This document shows, one piece after another, positions 20,059 through 29,097 of a stretch of DNA of 64,000 nucleotides. The position numbers were made by a program, and so were the translations under genes. The DNA is taken from NCBI GenBank assembly GCA_963744995.1, contig CAVUWA010000001.1, positions 225,821 through 289,820 of the forward strand, written 5' to 3'. The stretch is from Candidatus Eiseniibacteriota bacterium. GTDB lineage: Bacteria; Eisenbacteria; RBG-16-71-46. Every line of letters begins with the position of its first letter. Position 1 is the first letter of the stretch. Below the pieces are notes generated by a model, which made no database searches, was not told the origin of the DNA, and worked only from the letters and a program-made list of their open reading frames with translations.

Positions 20059-20498
20059 GGCCGCACCACCCAGACCTTCACGGTGGCGGTGACGCCGCCG
20101 TGGAACTTGACCGGAACGTCGTACTTGCCGAGCGCTTTGATGTGATCCTCGAGATCGATCCGCCGCTTGTCCACGATCTTGCCGGCCTTCTCGAGCGCTT
20201 CGGCGATGTCGGCGTTGGTGACCGAACCGAACAGGTGATCTTCCTCGTTGGCCTGCGCCGGAATGTTCACCTCGAAGCCGTCGATCTTCGCGGCCTCTTC
20301 CTTCGCCGCCGCGACCAGCTTCGACTCCTGCATCTGACGCTGGCGTTCGAGTTCCTTGTAGCGGTTCGCGGCATTGGTGCCGGTGAGGATCGCGAGCTTG
20401 TTCGGCAGCAGGTAGTTGCGTGCGAAGCCGGGTTTGACGTTGATCGTCGCGCCCTTCTGGCCCACACCCTTCATGTCTTCGAGCAGAATCACTTGCAT
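20055..20498 (-). CDS. rplI: 50S ribosomal protein L9
   Basis: MQVILLED...VKPGFARNYLLP...LFGSVT...IKALG. Confidence 0.97.
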   Translation of the reverse strand: MQVILLEDMKGVGQKGATINVKPGFARNYLLPNKLAILTGTNAANRYKELERQRQMQESKLVAAAKEEAAKIDGFEVNIPAQANEEDHLFGSVTNADIAEALEKAGKIVDKRRIDLEDHIKALGKYDVPVKFHGGVTATVKVWVVRP

Positions 20499-20556
20499 CG
20501 ATGTTCTCCCAGAAGCCGGACCGGAACGGATCGCGCCGGCGCGGCGGGTTCGAGGC

Positions 20557-21546
20557 TCACGCCCCCGGGACGTCCTGGTCGGGAGGCGATTCGAGCCGCC
20601 GATAGTCGAGCCAGACGTCGCTGATGCCCATGGCCGTCGCGATGCACACGAACGCAGGCATCGCGAGCGCGAACACGAACAGCATGGTCAGTACGATCAG
20701 GGAACCGGGCATCCCGCGCGCGATCATCAGCGATTCTACGACCGCGATTCCCTGCACACAAAAAGCCAGTACGCCGTTGATCAGCAGCGTCGAGGCGGTG
20801 GGCGTCCATGCGCTCCAGGGCGTCAGCAGCAGCGCGATCCCGATCAGCACCAGCCAGATCGCGCCGTCCGGGAGCCGCCATTCGCGCAGGCTCGAGCGGG
20901 ACACCGCCGGCCAGCCCAGCATGCCGGCCACGCGCGCCGCGAAGTGCCGCCCCGCCGCCACCAGCACTGCCATCCACAGGAACAGGACCGACGGCAGCAC
21001 GTAGGGCAGCGCCTTCTGGGCCAGCTCCGCCGATTCGGCGATCGCCGGCTTGAGTTCGGCGATCTTCTCCTCGCCGAACCCGAGCCCCCGGTACGTGTCG
21101 ATCATCCGGTCCGTCTGGAACGATTCGGCACGGACCTTGACCAGGAAGTCCTCGTAAGGCGCCGTCCACGGCAGCGTCGCCGCCAGCAGCAGCAGCGGCA
21201 GCAGCAGCCACGCACGGTCGCTGGCCGACACCCCGCCGCCCTCCTCGCGGATGCCCATCCACGCTCCGGTGAGCGCGGCGAACGGGATCCACCACGCCCA
21301 CATCTGATCGTTGCCGATCAGCCAGAGGCTTGCCGCGAACAATCCGAGCGGCACCAGCACGCCCCAGCCGCCGAAGCGCCACGCCGTGAGCATCGCCACC
21401 GCGACCGCCACCGGCACGATGAACCATAGTCCTGCCCACGGCTGCGACGTGCCGAGCCCCGCGAGCAGCAGCCCCGCGACGATCAGCGCCGTACGTCGTG
21501 CCGTCGGCCTGCGGGCCGGACGGCCAGGCTCACCGGTAGAAATCAC
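20557..21546 (-). CDS. DUF2232/YybS family membrane protein
   Basis: Multi-[24 protein letters not shown]; conserved position between rpsR and rplI. Confidence 0.8.
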   Translation of the reverse strand: MISTGEPGRPARRPTARRTALIVAGLLLAGLGTSQPWAGLWFIVPVAVAVAMLTAWRFGGWGVLVPLGLFAASLWLIGNDQMWAWWIPFAALTGAWMGIREEGGGVSASDRAWLLLPLLLLAATLPWTAPYEDFLVKVRAESFQTDRMIDTYRGLGFGEEKIAELKPAIAESAELAQKALPYVLPSVLFLWMAVLVAAGRHFAARVAGMLGWPAVSRSSLREWRLPDGAIWLVLIGIALLLTPWSAWTPTASTLLINGVLAFCVQGIAVVESLMIARGMPGSLIVLTMLFVFALAMPAFVCIATAMGISDVWLDYRRLESPPDQDVPGA

Positions 21547-21772
21547 TGGTGAACGGCAGCAGGGCCAGCACGCGGGCGCGCTTGATCGCGGTCGTCAGCT
21601 GCTTCTGGTGCTTCGCGCAGGTGCCCGAGACGCGACGCGGCACGATCTTGCCGCGATCGGTGACGAAGCGGCCCAGCCGCTTCTCGTCCTTGTAGTCCAC
21701 GAAACCGACTTTTTCGAGACACAGCTTGCAGTACTTCTTCTTCAATCCACGGGTCGATCGACTCTTCGCCAT
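21530..21772 (-). CDS. rpsR: 30S ribosomal protein S18 (Zn-binding form)
   Basis: YCKLC...VDYKD...[35 protein letters not shown]. Confidence 0.97.
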   Translation of the reverse strand: MAKSRSTRGLKKKYCKLCLEKVGFVDYKDEKRLGRFVTDRGKIVPRRVSGTCAKHQKQLTTAIKRARVLALLPFTSDFYR

Positions 21773-21799
21773 TGCGGTTCTCACCTCCTGAACCGTGTC

Positions 21800-22219
21800 C
21801 TAGAACAACTCGCCTTCCTCGGGCGGATCCTCGCCGGCCTCGGCGGTTTCGCCGCCGGCATCCGCACTGATCGGCGCCTTCTCGAGGAAGTGAACCAGAT
21901 CCGCGCGCAGCTCGAGGCGTTGCCGCTTCTCGCCGTGCGTGGCCGTCCACTCCCGCATCTGCAACCGGCCTTCCGCCAGCACCGCGCTGCCGCGATGCAG
22001 GTACTGCGCACACACTTCCGCCAGCCGTGCGTAGGTCATGACGGTGATGTAGCCGGTCTGTTCGGCCGGCCGCCCGTCGCGCCCGCGGTAGCGGCGATGA
22101 AACGCCATCGTGAAGCTCGTGACCTGCGTGCCGTCGGACGCATACCGATGATCCGGGTCGCGCGTCAGGCGGCCGCTCAGCAGCACGCGGTTCACTTCGG
22201 GGAACTTCAGCTCACTCAT
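21800..22219 (-). CDS. ssb: Single-stranded DNA-binding protein
   Basis: NRVLLSGRLTRDP...YLHRGSAVLAEGRLQ; lies between rpsF and rpsR. Confidence 0.92.
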   Translation of the reverse strand: MSELKFPEVNRVLLSGRLTRDPDHRYASDGTQVTSFTMAFHRRYRGRDGRPAEQTGYITVMTYARLAEVCAQYLHRGSAVLAEGRLQMREWTATHGEKRQRLELRADLVHFLEKAPISADAGGETAEAGEDPPEEGELF

Positions 22220-22249
22220 CGGTCTGCGCTCCCGCCACGAACCGGCCGG

Positions 22250-22591
22250 CTATTCGTCGTCGTCCCGCTTCGTGCCCTCGCCGTCCTCGGCCGGGGCTTC
22301 CGGCTGCGGCACGTGGATCACGGTCAGCACGCGCATCACCGACTCGTTGAGCCGCATGCGCCGCTCGAGGTCCTTGACCAGCTCGGCGGGCGACTTGTGC
22401 AGCACGTGCGTATACACGCCGTCACGCTTCTTGTTGATCTCGTAGGCGAGGCGGCGCTTGCCCCAGCGCTGCACGTCGATGACTTCGCCGCCGCCGTCCT
22501 TGATCCACTGCGACACCTTGTCCACTTCTTCGCCCGTCCGCGTCTCGTCGAGACCCGGCTCGAGGATGAACGTCGTTTCGTACGTATTCAC
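22250..22591 (-). CDS. rpsF: 30S ribosomal protein S6
   Basis: YETTFILEP...WGKRRLAYEINK...G.Y...VMR. Confidence 0.97.
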   Translation of the reverse strand: MNTYETTFILEPGLDETRTGEEVDKVSQWIKDGGGEVIDVQRWGKRRLAYEINKKRDGVYTHVLHKSPAELVKDLERRMRLNESVMRVLTVIHVPQPEAPAEDGEGTKRDDDE

Positions 22592-23175
22592 GGCTCTGAA
22601 ACCTCCTTGCGCGCCCGGCGATTGAAGCGATTCATCGCGGGGTCGATGCCTTCACGGATCCAGCAGTCGGCCGCCTCGGCCGCCGTGGTGATCGCCTCTT
22701 CTACCCGCTCTTCTTCCTCGTCAGAGAACTCCTCGAGCACGTGCTCGCGAAGCTCCGCACTGTTTTCCGCCGCGCCGACACCGATCCGCAGGCGGGCGAA
22801 CCCGCCGTGGCCCAGCGCGACCTCGATGCTTTCGAGACCGAGGTGCCCCCCCGACGAACCGCGCGCCCTGATCCGCAGCGTGCCCAGCGGCAGATAGACG
22901 TCGTCGGTGATCACCAGAAGCTCCGCCGCTTCCACCGCGTGCCGTGCGGACCAGGCCGCGACCGCCTCGCCGCTCAGGTTCATGAACGTGAGCGGTTTCA
23001 TCAGGTCGATCGCTCCGGCGCCGCGCACGGCCCGACGCACTTCGTAGATGCGGGTGCCTTCGAACGGCCGCGCCTTCAGACGTTCGGCCAGGCGATCGAG
23101 CGCCCTCCATCCGACGTTGTGCCGGGTTCGCGCGTAGCGATCGCCGGGATTGCCGAGTCCGACGAGCAGCGGCAC
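22588..23175 (-). CDS. pth: Peptidyl-tRNA hydrolase
   Basis: LLVGLGNPG..Y..TRHNVG, KPLTFMNLSG, GSSGGHLGL, RLRIGVG. Confidence 0.96.
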   Translation of the reverse strand: MPLLVGLGNPGDRYARTRHNVGWRALDRLAERLKARPFEGTRIYEVRRAVRGAGAIDLMKPLTFMNLSGEAVAAWSARHAVEAAELLVITDDVYLPLGTLRIRARGSSGGHLGLESIEVALGHGGFARLRIGVGAAENSAELREHVLEEFSDEEEERVEEAITTAAEAADCWIREGIDPAMNRFNRRARKEVSEP

Positions 23176-23178
23176 GGA

Positions 23179-23859
23179 TCAGGCCTTCTCCTTCTCGGCG
23201 TCCTCCTCCTCCTTCTTGCCCTTCGCGATGACCTCTGGTTCGCCTTCGCCCGTAGCGGCGGCGGCAGCGGCGGCGGCCTCGTCGACCGCGACCGGCTCCT
23301 CGGAGACCGTCGGCGGCACGACCGTCGCGACGGTCATGTGCGGCTCGGAGAGGATGGTCACGCCCTCCATCTTCAGGTCGCTCACGTGTACCGAGTCGCC
23401 GATCTCCAGCGCGGAGACGTCGACGTTGATGGCGCTCGGAATGTCGGTCGGCAGGCAGCGCACTTCGACTTGACGCATGATCTGCTCGAGGATGCCGCCG
23501 CCGTCCTTGACGCCCACCGGCAGGCCTTCCACGTGCACGGTCACTTCGACCTCGACCGTCTCGGTGAGCGAGATGTGCTGGAAGTCGACGTGAATGATCG
23601 CGTGCGAGATCGGGTCGTACTGCACGGCACGCACCAGCGCGGTGTGCTCGGCGCCGGCCATGTTCAGATTGACGATCGGGTTGCCGCCTTTGTGCGCCCG
23701 CAGCATGAGGTCGAAATCCCGGGCCTTCACCGCCACGGCCACCGGCTCTTCACCGTGGCCGTACAGCACCGCCGGAATCTCGCCCGCCGCGCGCGCCTTG
23801 CGGGCGCCACCCTTCCCCAGCGTCTCTCGGCGAGCGCCGGACAACGGCATCACAGGCAT
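23179..23859 (-). CDS. rplY: 50S ribosomal protein L25/general stress protein Ctc
   Basis: IPAVLYG, IHVDF, GVKDGG, IGDSVHVSDL, acidic tail EPEVIAKGKKEEE. Confidence 0.95.
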   Translation of the reverse strand: MPVMPLSGARRETLGKGGARKARAAGEIPAVLYGHGEEPVAVAVKARDFDLMLRAHKGGNPIVNLNMAGAEHTALVRAVQYDPISHAIIHVDFQHISLTETVEVEVTVHVEGLPVGVKDGGGILEQIMRQVEVRCLPTDIPSAINVDVSALEIGDSVHVSDLKMEGVTILSEPHMTVATVVPPTVSEEPVAVDEAAAAAAAATGEGEPEVIAKGKKEEEDAEKEKA

Positions 23860-23924
23860 GCGATGGTTCCTCCTTCATCGCGGGGCCGTCGCCCCGCACG
23901 ACGCACCGGTCCGGTGCGATGGTT

Positions 23925-24857
23925 TCAGACGAACAACGAACTGAGTGAACGTTCCTCGTGGATGCGCTGCACCGCCTCGCCGAGCAGCGCGGCCACCGAC
24001 AGCTCGGTGACCTTGGACGGCAGCTGCACCGCGTCGTGGCGCACGGTGTTGGTGACCACCAGTTCGCTGATCACCGAGCTCTCGATTCGCGAGGTGGTCA
24101 GCTCACTGAACACGCCGTGCGTCACCCCCGCATACACTTCCAGCGCGCCCCGGTCGCGCACGGCCATGGCCGCCTGGCTCAGCGTGCCGCCGGTGGTGAC
24201 GACGTCGTCGAACAGAACGGCGTTCTTGCCCTTCACGTCGCCGATGATGTTCAGGATTTCGACCGCGTCGGCACGCGGGCGGCGCTTGTCCACGAGCGCG
24301 AGGTCGGCGCCGAGGCGCTTGGCATAGGCGCGCGCCATCTTCACGCTGCCGATGTCCGGCGCGACGACGAGCAGGTTCGGGATCTTCTTCTTCGCGAAGT
24401 ACTCGATCAGCACCGGGGCGGCGTAGAGGTGATCGAACGGAATGTCGAAGAACCCCTGGATCTGCGCGCTGTGCAGATCCATCGTCAGCGCGCGATCGGC
24501 GCCCGCGACCGTGATCAGGTTGGCGACCAGCTTGGCGCTGATCGGCGCGCGCGGCTGGTCCTTGCGGTCCTGGCGTGCGTAACCGAAGTACGGCATCACC
24601 GCGGTGACGCGGCGCGCGGAGGCGCGCTTCGCCGCATCGAGCATGATCAGCAACTCCATGAGGTTTTCCGCCGGTGCGCCGGTCGACTGCACGATGAACA
24701 CGTCGCCACCGCGGATGTTCTCGTTGAAGCGGACGGAGACCTCGCCGTCCTCGAAGCGCGAAACCGTCACGTCGCCGAGCGGAACTCCGAGATGGTCACA
24801 GATCGACTGCGCCAGCCTGGGATTGGCATTGCCGGTGAAGATCCGACAGTGGTCCAA
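23925..24857 (-). CDS. prs: Ribose-phosphate pyrophosphokinase
   Basis: FEDGE, PYFGYARQDRK, DLHSAQIQGFF, VAPDIG, DDVVTTGGT; TTG start at 24857 after GGGGAGG RBS. Confidence 0.97.
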   Translation of the reverse strand: MDHCRIFTGNANPRLAQSICDHLGVPLGDVTVSRFEDGEVSVRFNENIRGGDVFIVQSTGAPAENLMELLIMLDAAKRASARRVTAVMPYFGYARQDRKDQPRAPISAKLVANLITVAGADRALTMDLHSAQIQGFFDIPFDHLYAAPVLIEYFAKKKIPNLLVVAPDIGSVKMARAYAKRLGADLALVDKRRPRADAVEILNIIGDVKGKNAVLFDDVVTTGGTLSQAAMAVRDRGALEVYAGVTHGVFSELTTSRIESSVISELVVTNTVRHDAVQLPSKVTELSVAALLGEAVQRIHEERSLSSLFV

Positions 24858-25009
24858 GATCGTCCTCCCCGTTGGACGTGGGTCGCCGCCGCTCCGCGCA
24901 GGCGCGTCGAAGCGCAATGATCGGGCGCCGGGCGGTCCGGTGGGAACGACAGGCGTCCGCAGCTATATGGAGGTTCCCGCTGCCGGCGTTCGTTCCCGGG
25001 CCCAGAGGT

Positions 25010-25084
25010 TGGCTGGGGCGGGAGGATTCGAACCTCCGGATCCGGGAGCCAAAGTCCCGTGCCTTACCACTTGGCCACGCCCCA
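25010..25084 (-). tRNA. tRNA-Gln(UUG)
   Basis: TGGGGCGTGGCCAAGTGGTAAGGCA-CGGGA CT TTG GC TCCCG-...GGTTCGAATCC...GCCA; 75 nt with CCA. Confidence 0.97.
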
Positions 25085-25183
25085 CCAACGAACGGGGTTT
25101 CCGTCACGGACCGCGCTCACGGATGAGCAGCGGGGTGCTGGCAACTGGCCCAAAGGAAGCGTACTTAGGAGAAAAGCCCGGGC

Positions 25184-25212
25184 AGTCTACGAAGCGACCC
25201 CCCCGAAGTCAA
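25184..25212 (-). promoter_or_regulatory. Putative sigma70 promoter for tRNA-Gln/prs
   Basis: TTGACT-17nt-TAGACT followed by a GC-rich discriminator (GCCCGGGC). Confidence 0.6.
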
Positions 25213-25323
25213 CCCCGCGCGGGGGTCCCTTTCCGGGGGCCGGAGCGCCGGGGACGGGGACGCGGACCGTCCCCCGCGTCCGCGGGCGCGGACGACGCAG
25301 GACCGGCTGAAAGACGCTCCCGC

Positions 25324-25632
25324 CTAGTTCGCGGCGGGTCCTGCGGCGTCGGATGCGCCGCGGCCCGGCGAGGGGTTCCGCAGCTCCCGGTAGTACTCCG
25401 CCAGGATCGTCTCCGTCATGTACTTACGGGTCAGATCGTTGATCGGATGCGCCAGATCCTGGTGCTGACCGTCGGGACGCTTGCGGCTCGGCATGGCGAC
25501 GAACAGTCCGCTGTTGCCGTGGATGATCTTGAGTCCCCGCACCACGAACGAGTCGTTGAGCGTGACGCTGACGAACGCCTTCAGCTTCTCGTCGTTGCGG
25601 ATCGAGACGCGGACCTCGGTGATCTCGATCAT
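25324..25632 (-). CDS. spoVG: SpoVG family nucleic-acid-binding protein
   Basis: EITEVRV...LKAFVSVTL...GLFVAMPSRK..DG...DLAHPI. Confidence 0.95.
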   Translation of the reverse strand: MIEITEVRVSIRNDEKLKAFVSVTLNDSFVVRGLKIIHGNSGLFVAMPSRKRPDGQHQDLAHPINDLTRKYMTETILAEYYRELRNPSPGRGASDAAGPAAN

Positions 25633-25727
25633 GAGATCACCCGGGCGTGGCCGTCAGAGGACGTGCGTGGGGGGCTCTGGGCGGACAACCGGCGAAGCTT
25701 GAGCATTCTGCTTCCTTGCCTTCCGGC

Positions 25728-26660
25728 TCAAGTCACGAGCTTCTGGAGAAGATGCCCCGCCCCGGTGGAGCGCACCAGGTAGAGCGGCTCTCTTCCGTTG
25801 AACCTGCCGATGATCCGCTGTCCCTCCGTCTCATTCGCCACGATCCCAAACATGGCAGAGCCGCTGCCCGTCATATGAATGGATGACAGGCCGGCGGCGG
25901 CAAGACGACGCGACAGCGAATCGAAACGGGCTCTGAAATCGCCCAGCACGTCCTCGAAAACGTTACCCAGCCGAAGCGAATCCGTTGCGCTTACTGGCTT
26001 GCGGCGAAGGGCTTGCAACGATCTTAGTTTCGCATTCCAGCCTGTCAAGCCATATTTGGCCCGGTCGATCCGCCGGAACGCGGCAGCGGTCGAGATTCGC
26101 CAGCCGGGCACCGCGAGGACGGCATGGAAGGGTTCGATCAGCCTCAACCTCTCGAGGCGGTCGCCCCTGCCGAGGCCGAGTGCGGTGCCGCCGAACAGCG
26201 CGAACGGAACGTCGGCGCCGAGCGTGGCAGCCAGGGCCAGCATCCGCTCCCTGCGCGGCTTGAGGCCATGGAGCGCCGCCATCGCCCGCAGCGTGGCCGC
26301 GGCGTCGGCGCTGCCGCCACCGAGCCCGGCGCGGCTCGGGATGCGTTTCCACAGAACAAACCTGGCGCCGCCCGGAACCCCGAACGTGGCGGCGAACGCC
26401 CGCGCCGCGCGCAGCACCAGATTGTCGTCGCCGGCGGTGATGTCCGGATCGACCGGCGTCTTTCCGCGGCGCGCGACGTCCTCGCGGCGCACTTCGAGCG
26501 AAAACCGGCCGCGCGCGCGTTCCGCGCGGAGCGTGTCGGCGAGCGAGATCGACTGGAACACCGTCGCCAGCTCATGGGCGCCGTCCTCACGCCGCGGCCC
26601 GACGGCCAGCGCGAGGTTCAGCTTCGCGCGCGCTGCGACGACCACCCGCGCACGCGGCAT
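25728..26660 (-). CDS. ispE: 4-diphosphocytidyl-2-C-methyl-D-erythritol kinase
   Basis: AKLNL, DNLV, KRIPSRAGLGGGSADAAA, GADVPF, MTGSGS. Confidence 0.95.
   Translation of the reverse strand: MPRARVVVAARAKLNLALAVGPRREDGAHELATVFQSISLADTLRAERARGRFSLEVRREDVARRGKTPVDPDITAGDDNLVLRAARAFAATFGVPGGARFVLWKRIPSRAGLGGGSADAAATLRAMAALHGLKPRRERMLALAATLGADVPFALFGGTALGLGRGDRLERLRLIEPFHAVLAVPGWRISTAAAFRRIDRAKYGLTGWNAKLRSLQALRRKPVSATDSLRLGNVFEDVLGDFRARFDSLSRRLAAAGLSSIHMTGSGSAMFGIVANETEGQRIIGRFNGREPLYLVRSTGAGHLLQKLVT
26021..26048 (-). promoter_or_regulatory. Putative sigma70 promoter inside ispE, facing spoVG
   Basis: TTGACA-16nt-TAAGAT in a locally AT-rich patch of the ispE coding sequence. Confidence 0.6.
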
Positions 26661-27547
26661 CAGTGCACGTAGAGGATCACGACCACCACCAGCAGATAGA
26701 GCAGCACGCACACCTGGATGGGCCGGTCGTTGAGCAGTACGTAGGACGGATCTTCCGCGGTCTCGGACACGTGCACGAGATGCAGGTAACGGAAGATGCC
26801 GTACGTGACCAACGGCACGGTGTAGAGCAGCGCCTCGCTGCCGAATTTGGCGACCGTCGCCGGCCAGATCGTGTAGAGCGCGTAGGCCATCACGCTCGCC
26901 GCCGAGGCCGCGGCCAGCAGCATGTCCAGCACCTGGGGCGAATAATGGTCCAGCACCTCGCGCTGGTCCGCCGCGTCTTCGCCGGCGTTGGCCATCTCGC
27001 GCCGCCGCTTGGCGAGGCCCAGGAACAGCGCGCCGAAGAACGTGCACACCAGCAGCCACGGCGACAGCGCGGTCTCGGGCGACACCGGGGTCAGCAGCTG
27101 CACGCCGGCGATCGCGCGCAGCACGAACCCGAGCGCGACGACGAACACGTCGATCAGCACGTGCGCCTTGAGCCCGTACGTGTAGCTGAGATTGAGCACG
27201 AGGTAGATTCCCGCGACGGCGGCGAAGCCCGGCCCGAGCCACCACGACAGCCCGCCGCCCGCGATGAGCAGCGGCACCAGTGCCGCGCGCGCCGCGCGCA
27301 CCGGCAGCCGCCCCGCGGCGATCGGGCGCAGCCGCTTCTTCGGATGGACGCGGTCCTTCGACAGGTCGCGCAGGTCGTTGATGATGTACACCGTCCCCGC
27401 GATCAGCGAGAACGCGAGGAATCCGGCGAGTGCGCGCAGCACGAAGTCGGGGTGGTTGAACTGCTGCGAGAACAGCAGACCGGCGAACAGCAGCAGGTTC
27501 TTGGTCCACTGCTTCGGGCGCAGCGCCTGGATCAGGGCGCCGATCAT
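26660..27547 (-). CDS. UbiA-family prenyltransferase, decaprenyl-phosphate phosphoribosyltransferase-like
   Basis: LRPKQWTKNLL, YIINDLRD...DRVHPKKRLRPIAAG, GFVLR, AKRRRE, YGIFRY, EDP. Confidence 0.88.
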   Translation of the reverse strand: MIGALIQALRPKQWTKNLLLFAGLLFSQQFNHPDFVLRALAGFLAFSLIAGTVYIINDLRDLSKDRVHPKKRLRPIAAGRLPVRAARAALVPLLIAGGGLSWWLGPGFAAVAGIYLVLNLSYTYGLKAHVLIDVFVVALGFVLRAIAGVQLLTPVSPETALSPWLLVCTFFGALFLGLAKRRREMANAGEDAADQREVLDHYSPQVLDMLLAAASAASVMAYALYTIWPATVAKFGSEALLYTVPLVTYGIFRYLHLVHVSETAEDPSYVLLNDRPIQVCVLLYLLVVVVILYVH

Positions 27548-28185
27548 GCGCGGCGCGTCCGTGCGGTGCGGGGGGCGCGGCGCCGGGCGCGCTCGACCAC
27601 CGCGCGCTCGACCAGCTCGCACAGGGCGTGGCCCATCATCAGGTGCCCGGTCTGGATCTCCGGCGTCGAGGCGCTCGGGGTGACCAGGGCGACGTCACAG
27701 CGCCGCGCGAACGCAGCGCCCTTCTGCCCGGTCATACCCACCACGGCGATGCCGAGGTGCCGGGCCGCCCGCACCGCGGCGATCACGTTCTTCGAGGCGC
27801 CGCTGGTGGTGATCGCCACCAGCACGTCGCCCGGCGTTCCGGTGCTCTCGAGCTGGCGCGCGAAGACCTGCTCGAAACCGTAGTCGTTGCCGATCGCGGT
27901 CAACGCGGAGGTGTTGGTGGTCAGAGCGACGGCGGGCAGCGCCGGGCGATCGATCAGAAAGCGTCCGGCGAGTTCGGTGGCGAAGTGCTGCGCGTCGGCG
28001 GCGCTGCCGCCGTTGCCGCAGAAGTAGATCGTGCCGCCCGCGTCCAGGCAGTCGACCATCAGCGCGGCGGCCTCGGCCACCGGCCGCGCGGCGCTGCGCA
28101 CCGTACGGCGGGCGACCGTCTCGGCGCGCCCGAGCACGGCGCGGGCCCTGCGCTCGAGCGGAGTTTCACGGGAACGGGCGGGCAT
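27544..28185 (-). CDS. gmhA: Phosphoheptose isomerase GmhA-like SIS protein
   Basis: CGNGGSAADAQHFATEL, AIGNDYG, TTSG, IQ...H. Confidence 0.88.
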   Translation of the reverse strand: MPARSRETPLERRARAVLGRAETVARRTVRSAARPVAEAAALMVDCLDAGGTIYFCGNGGSAADAQHFATELAGRFLIDRPALPAVALTTNTSALTAIGNDYGFEQVFARQLESTGTPGDVLVAITTSGASKNVIAAVRAARHLGIAVVGMTGQKGAAFARRCDVALVTPSASTPEIQTGHLMMGHALCELVERAVVERARRRAPRTARTRRA

Positions 28186-28190
28186 CTGCG

Positions 28191-29060
28191 TCAGACCTCC
28201 CGGGCGGCGGCACCGCCGGACGTGAGGGAATCGACATGGCGGTCGACGGCGTCCTGCCAGGCAGGCATCGGTCGGCCGGTGACGTGATCGAACCAGTGGC
28301 AGTCGAGCACCGAATACGCGGGGCGCGGCGCCGGGCGCACGAACGACTTCGAATCGGTGCGCTCGAGCGGCGTCGAGAGCCCGGCCCGCGCGAGCGCATG
28401 GGCGGCGAGGTCGTACCAGGTGCAGTCGCCGCGGCTGGTGCAGTGGTAGGTGCCGTACTGCGCTGCGCGCACGAGGTCGATCAGGCCCCGCGCCAGGTCG
28501 TGGGTGGAGGTCGGCGCGCCGCGCTGATCGTCCACTACCTTGAGCGCCTCGCCCGCGCGCGCCTTCGCCAGAATCGTGTCGACGAAATTGGGCCCGCCGC
28601 GGCCGAACAGCCATGCGGTGCGCACGATCAGATGCTTCGGGTTCACCTCGCGCACGCACTGTTCTCCAGCCCATTTGGACGCGCCGTACACCGAACGCGG
28701 CGCCGGCGGATCGTACTCGCGATAGGGCCGCGTGCCGTCGCCGCCGAACACGTAGTCGGTCGAGATCGTGAGCACCGCGGCCGCGCACTCCGCGGCTGCC
28801 AGTGCCACGTTCCTGGAGCCGATGCCGTTCACGAGATACGCATGGTCCGCCCGCGACTCGCACTCGTCCACCTTCGTGAATGCGCCGAGGTGGAACACCC
28901 AGTCGGGGCGGAACGTGCGGATCGGGTGGATCAGCGCGTCGTAGCGCGTGACGTCGGCGTCCTCGCGGCGCAGGGCGAGCACGTCGTGGCCCGCCGCCTC
29001 GAGCGCGCGCACGGTGGAGCGGGCCAGCATCCCGCCCGCGCCGGTCATGAATACCTTCAC
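28191..29060 (-). CDS. rmlD: dTDP-4-dehydrorhamnose reductase
   Basis: TGAGGML, ISTDYVF, YGASK, VVDDQRGAPT, APRPAYS. Confidence 0.95.
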   Translation of the reverse strand: MKVFMTGAGGMLARSTVRALEAAGHDVLALRREDADVTRYDALIHPIRTFRPDWVFHLGAFTKVDECESRADHAYLVNGIGSRNVALAAAECAAAVLTISTDYVFGGDGTRPYREYDPPAPRSVYGASKWAGEQCVREVNPKHLIVRTAWLFGRGGPNFVDTILAKARAGEALKVVDDQRGAPTSTHDLARGLIDLVRAAQYGTYHCTSRGDCTWYDLAAHALARAGLSTPLERTDSKSFVRPAPRPAYSVLDCHWFDHVTGRPMPAWQDAVDRHVDSLTSGGAAAREV

Positions 29061-29097
29061 GGCCGGAGCCTCGTCGCCCGCGCGCGGCCGTGCGGGC

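Noticed and set aside
25728..28863. Apparent long N-terminal extensions of ispE and gmhA in the ORF track (also seen for thpR, recX, alaS and pmbA)
   Set aside because: The extensions overlap upstream genes in another frame; for most, internal starts at stop/start junctions or RBSs give normal lengths.
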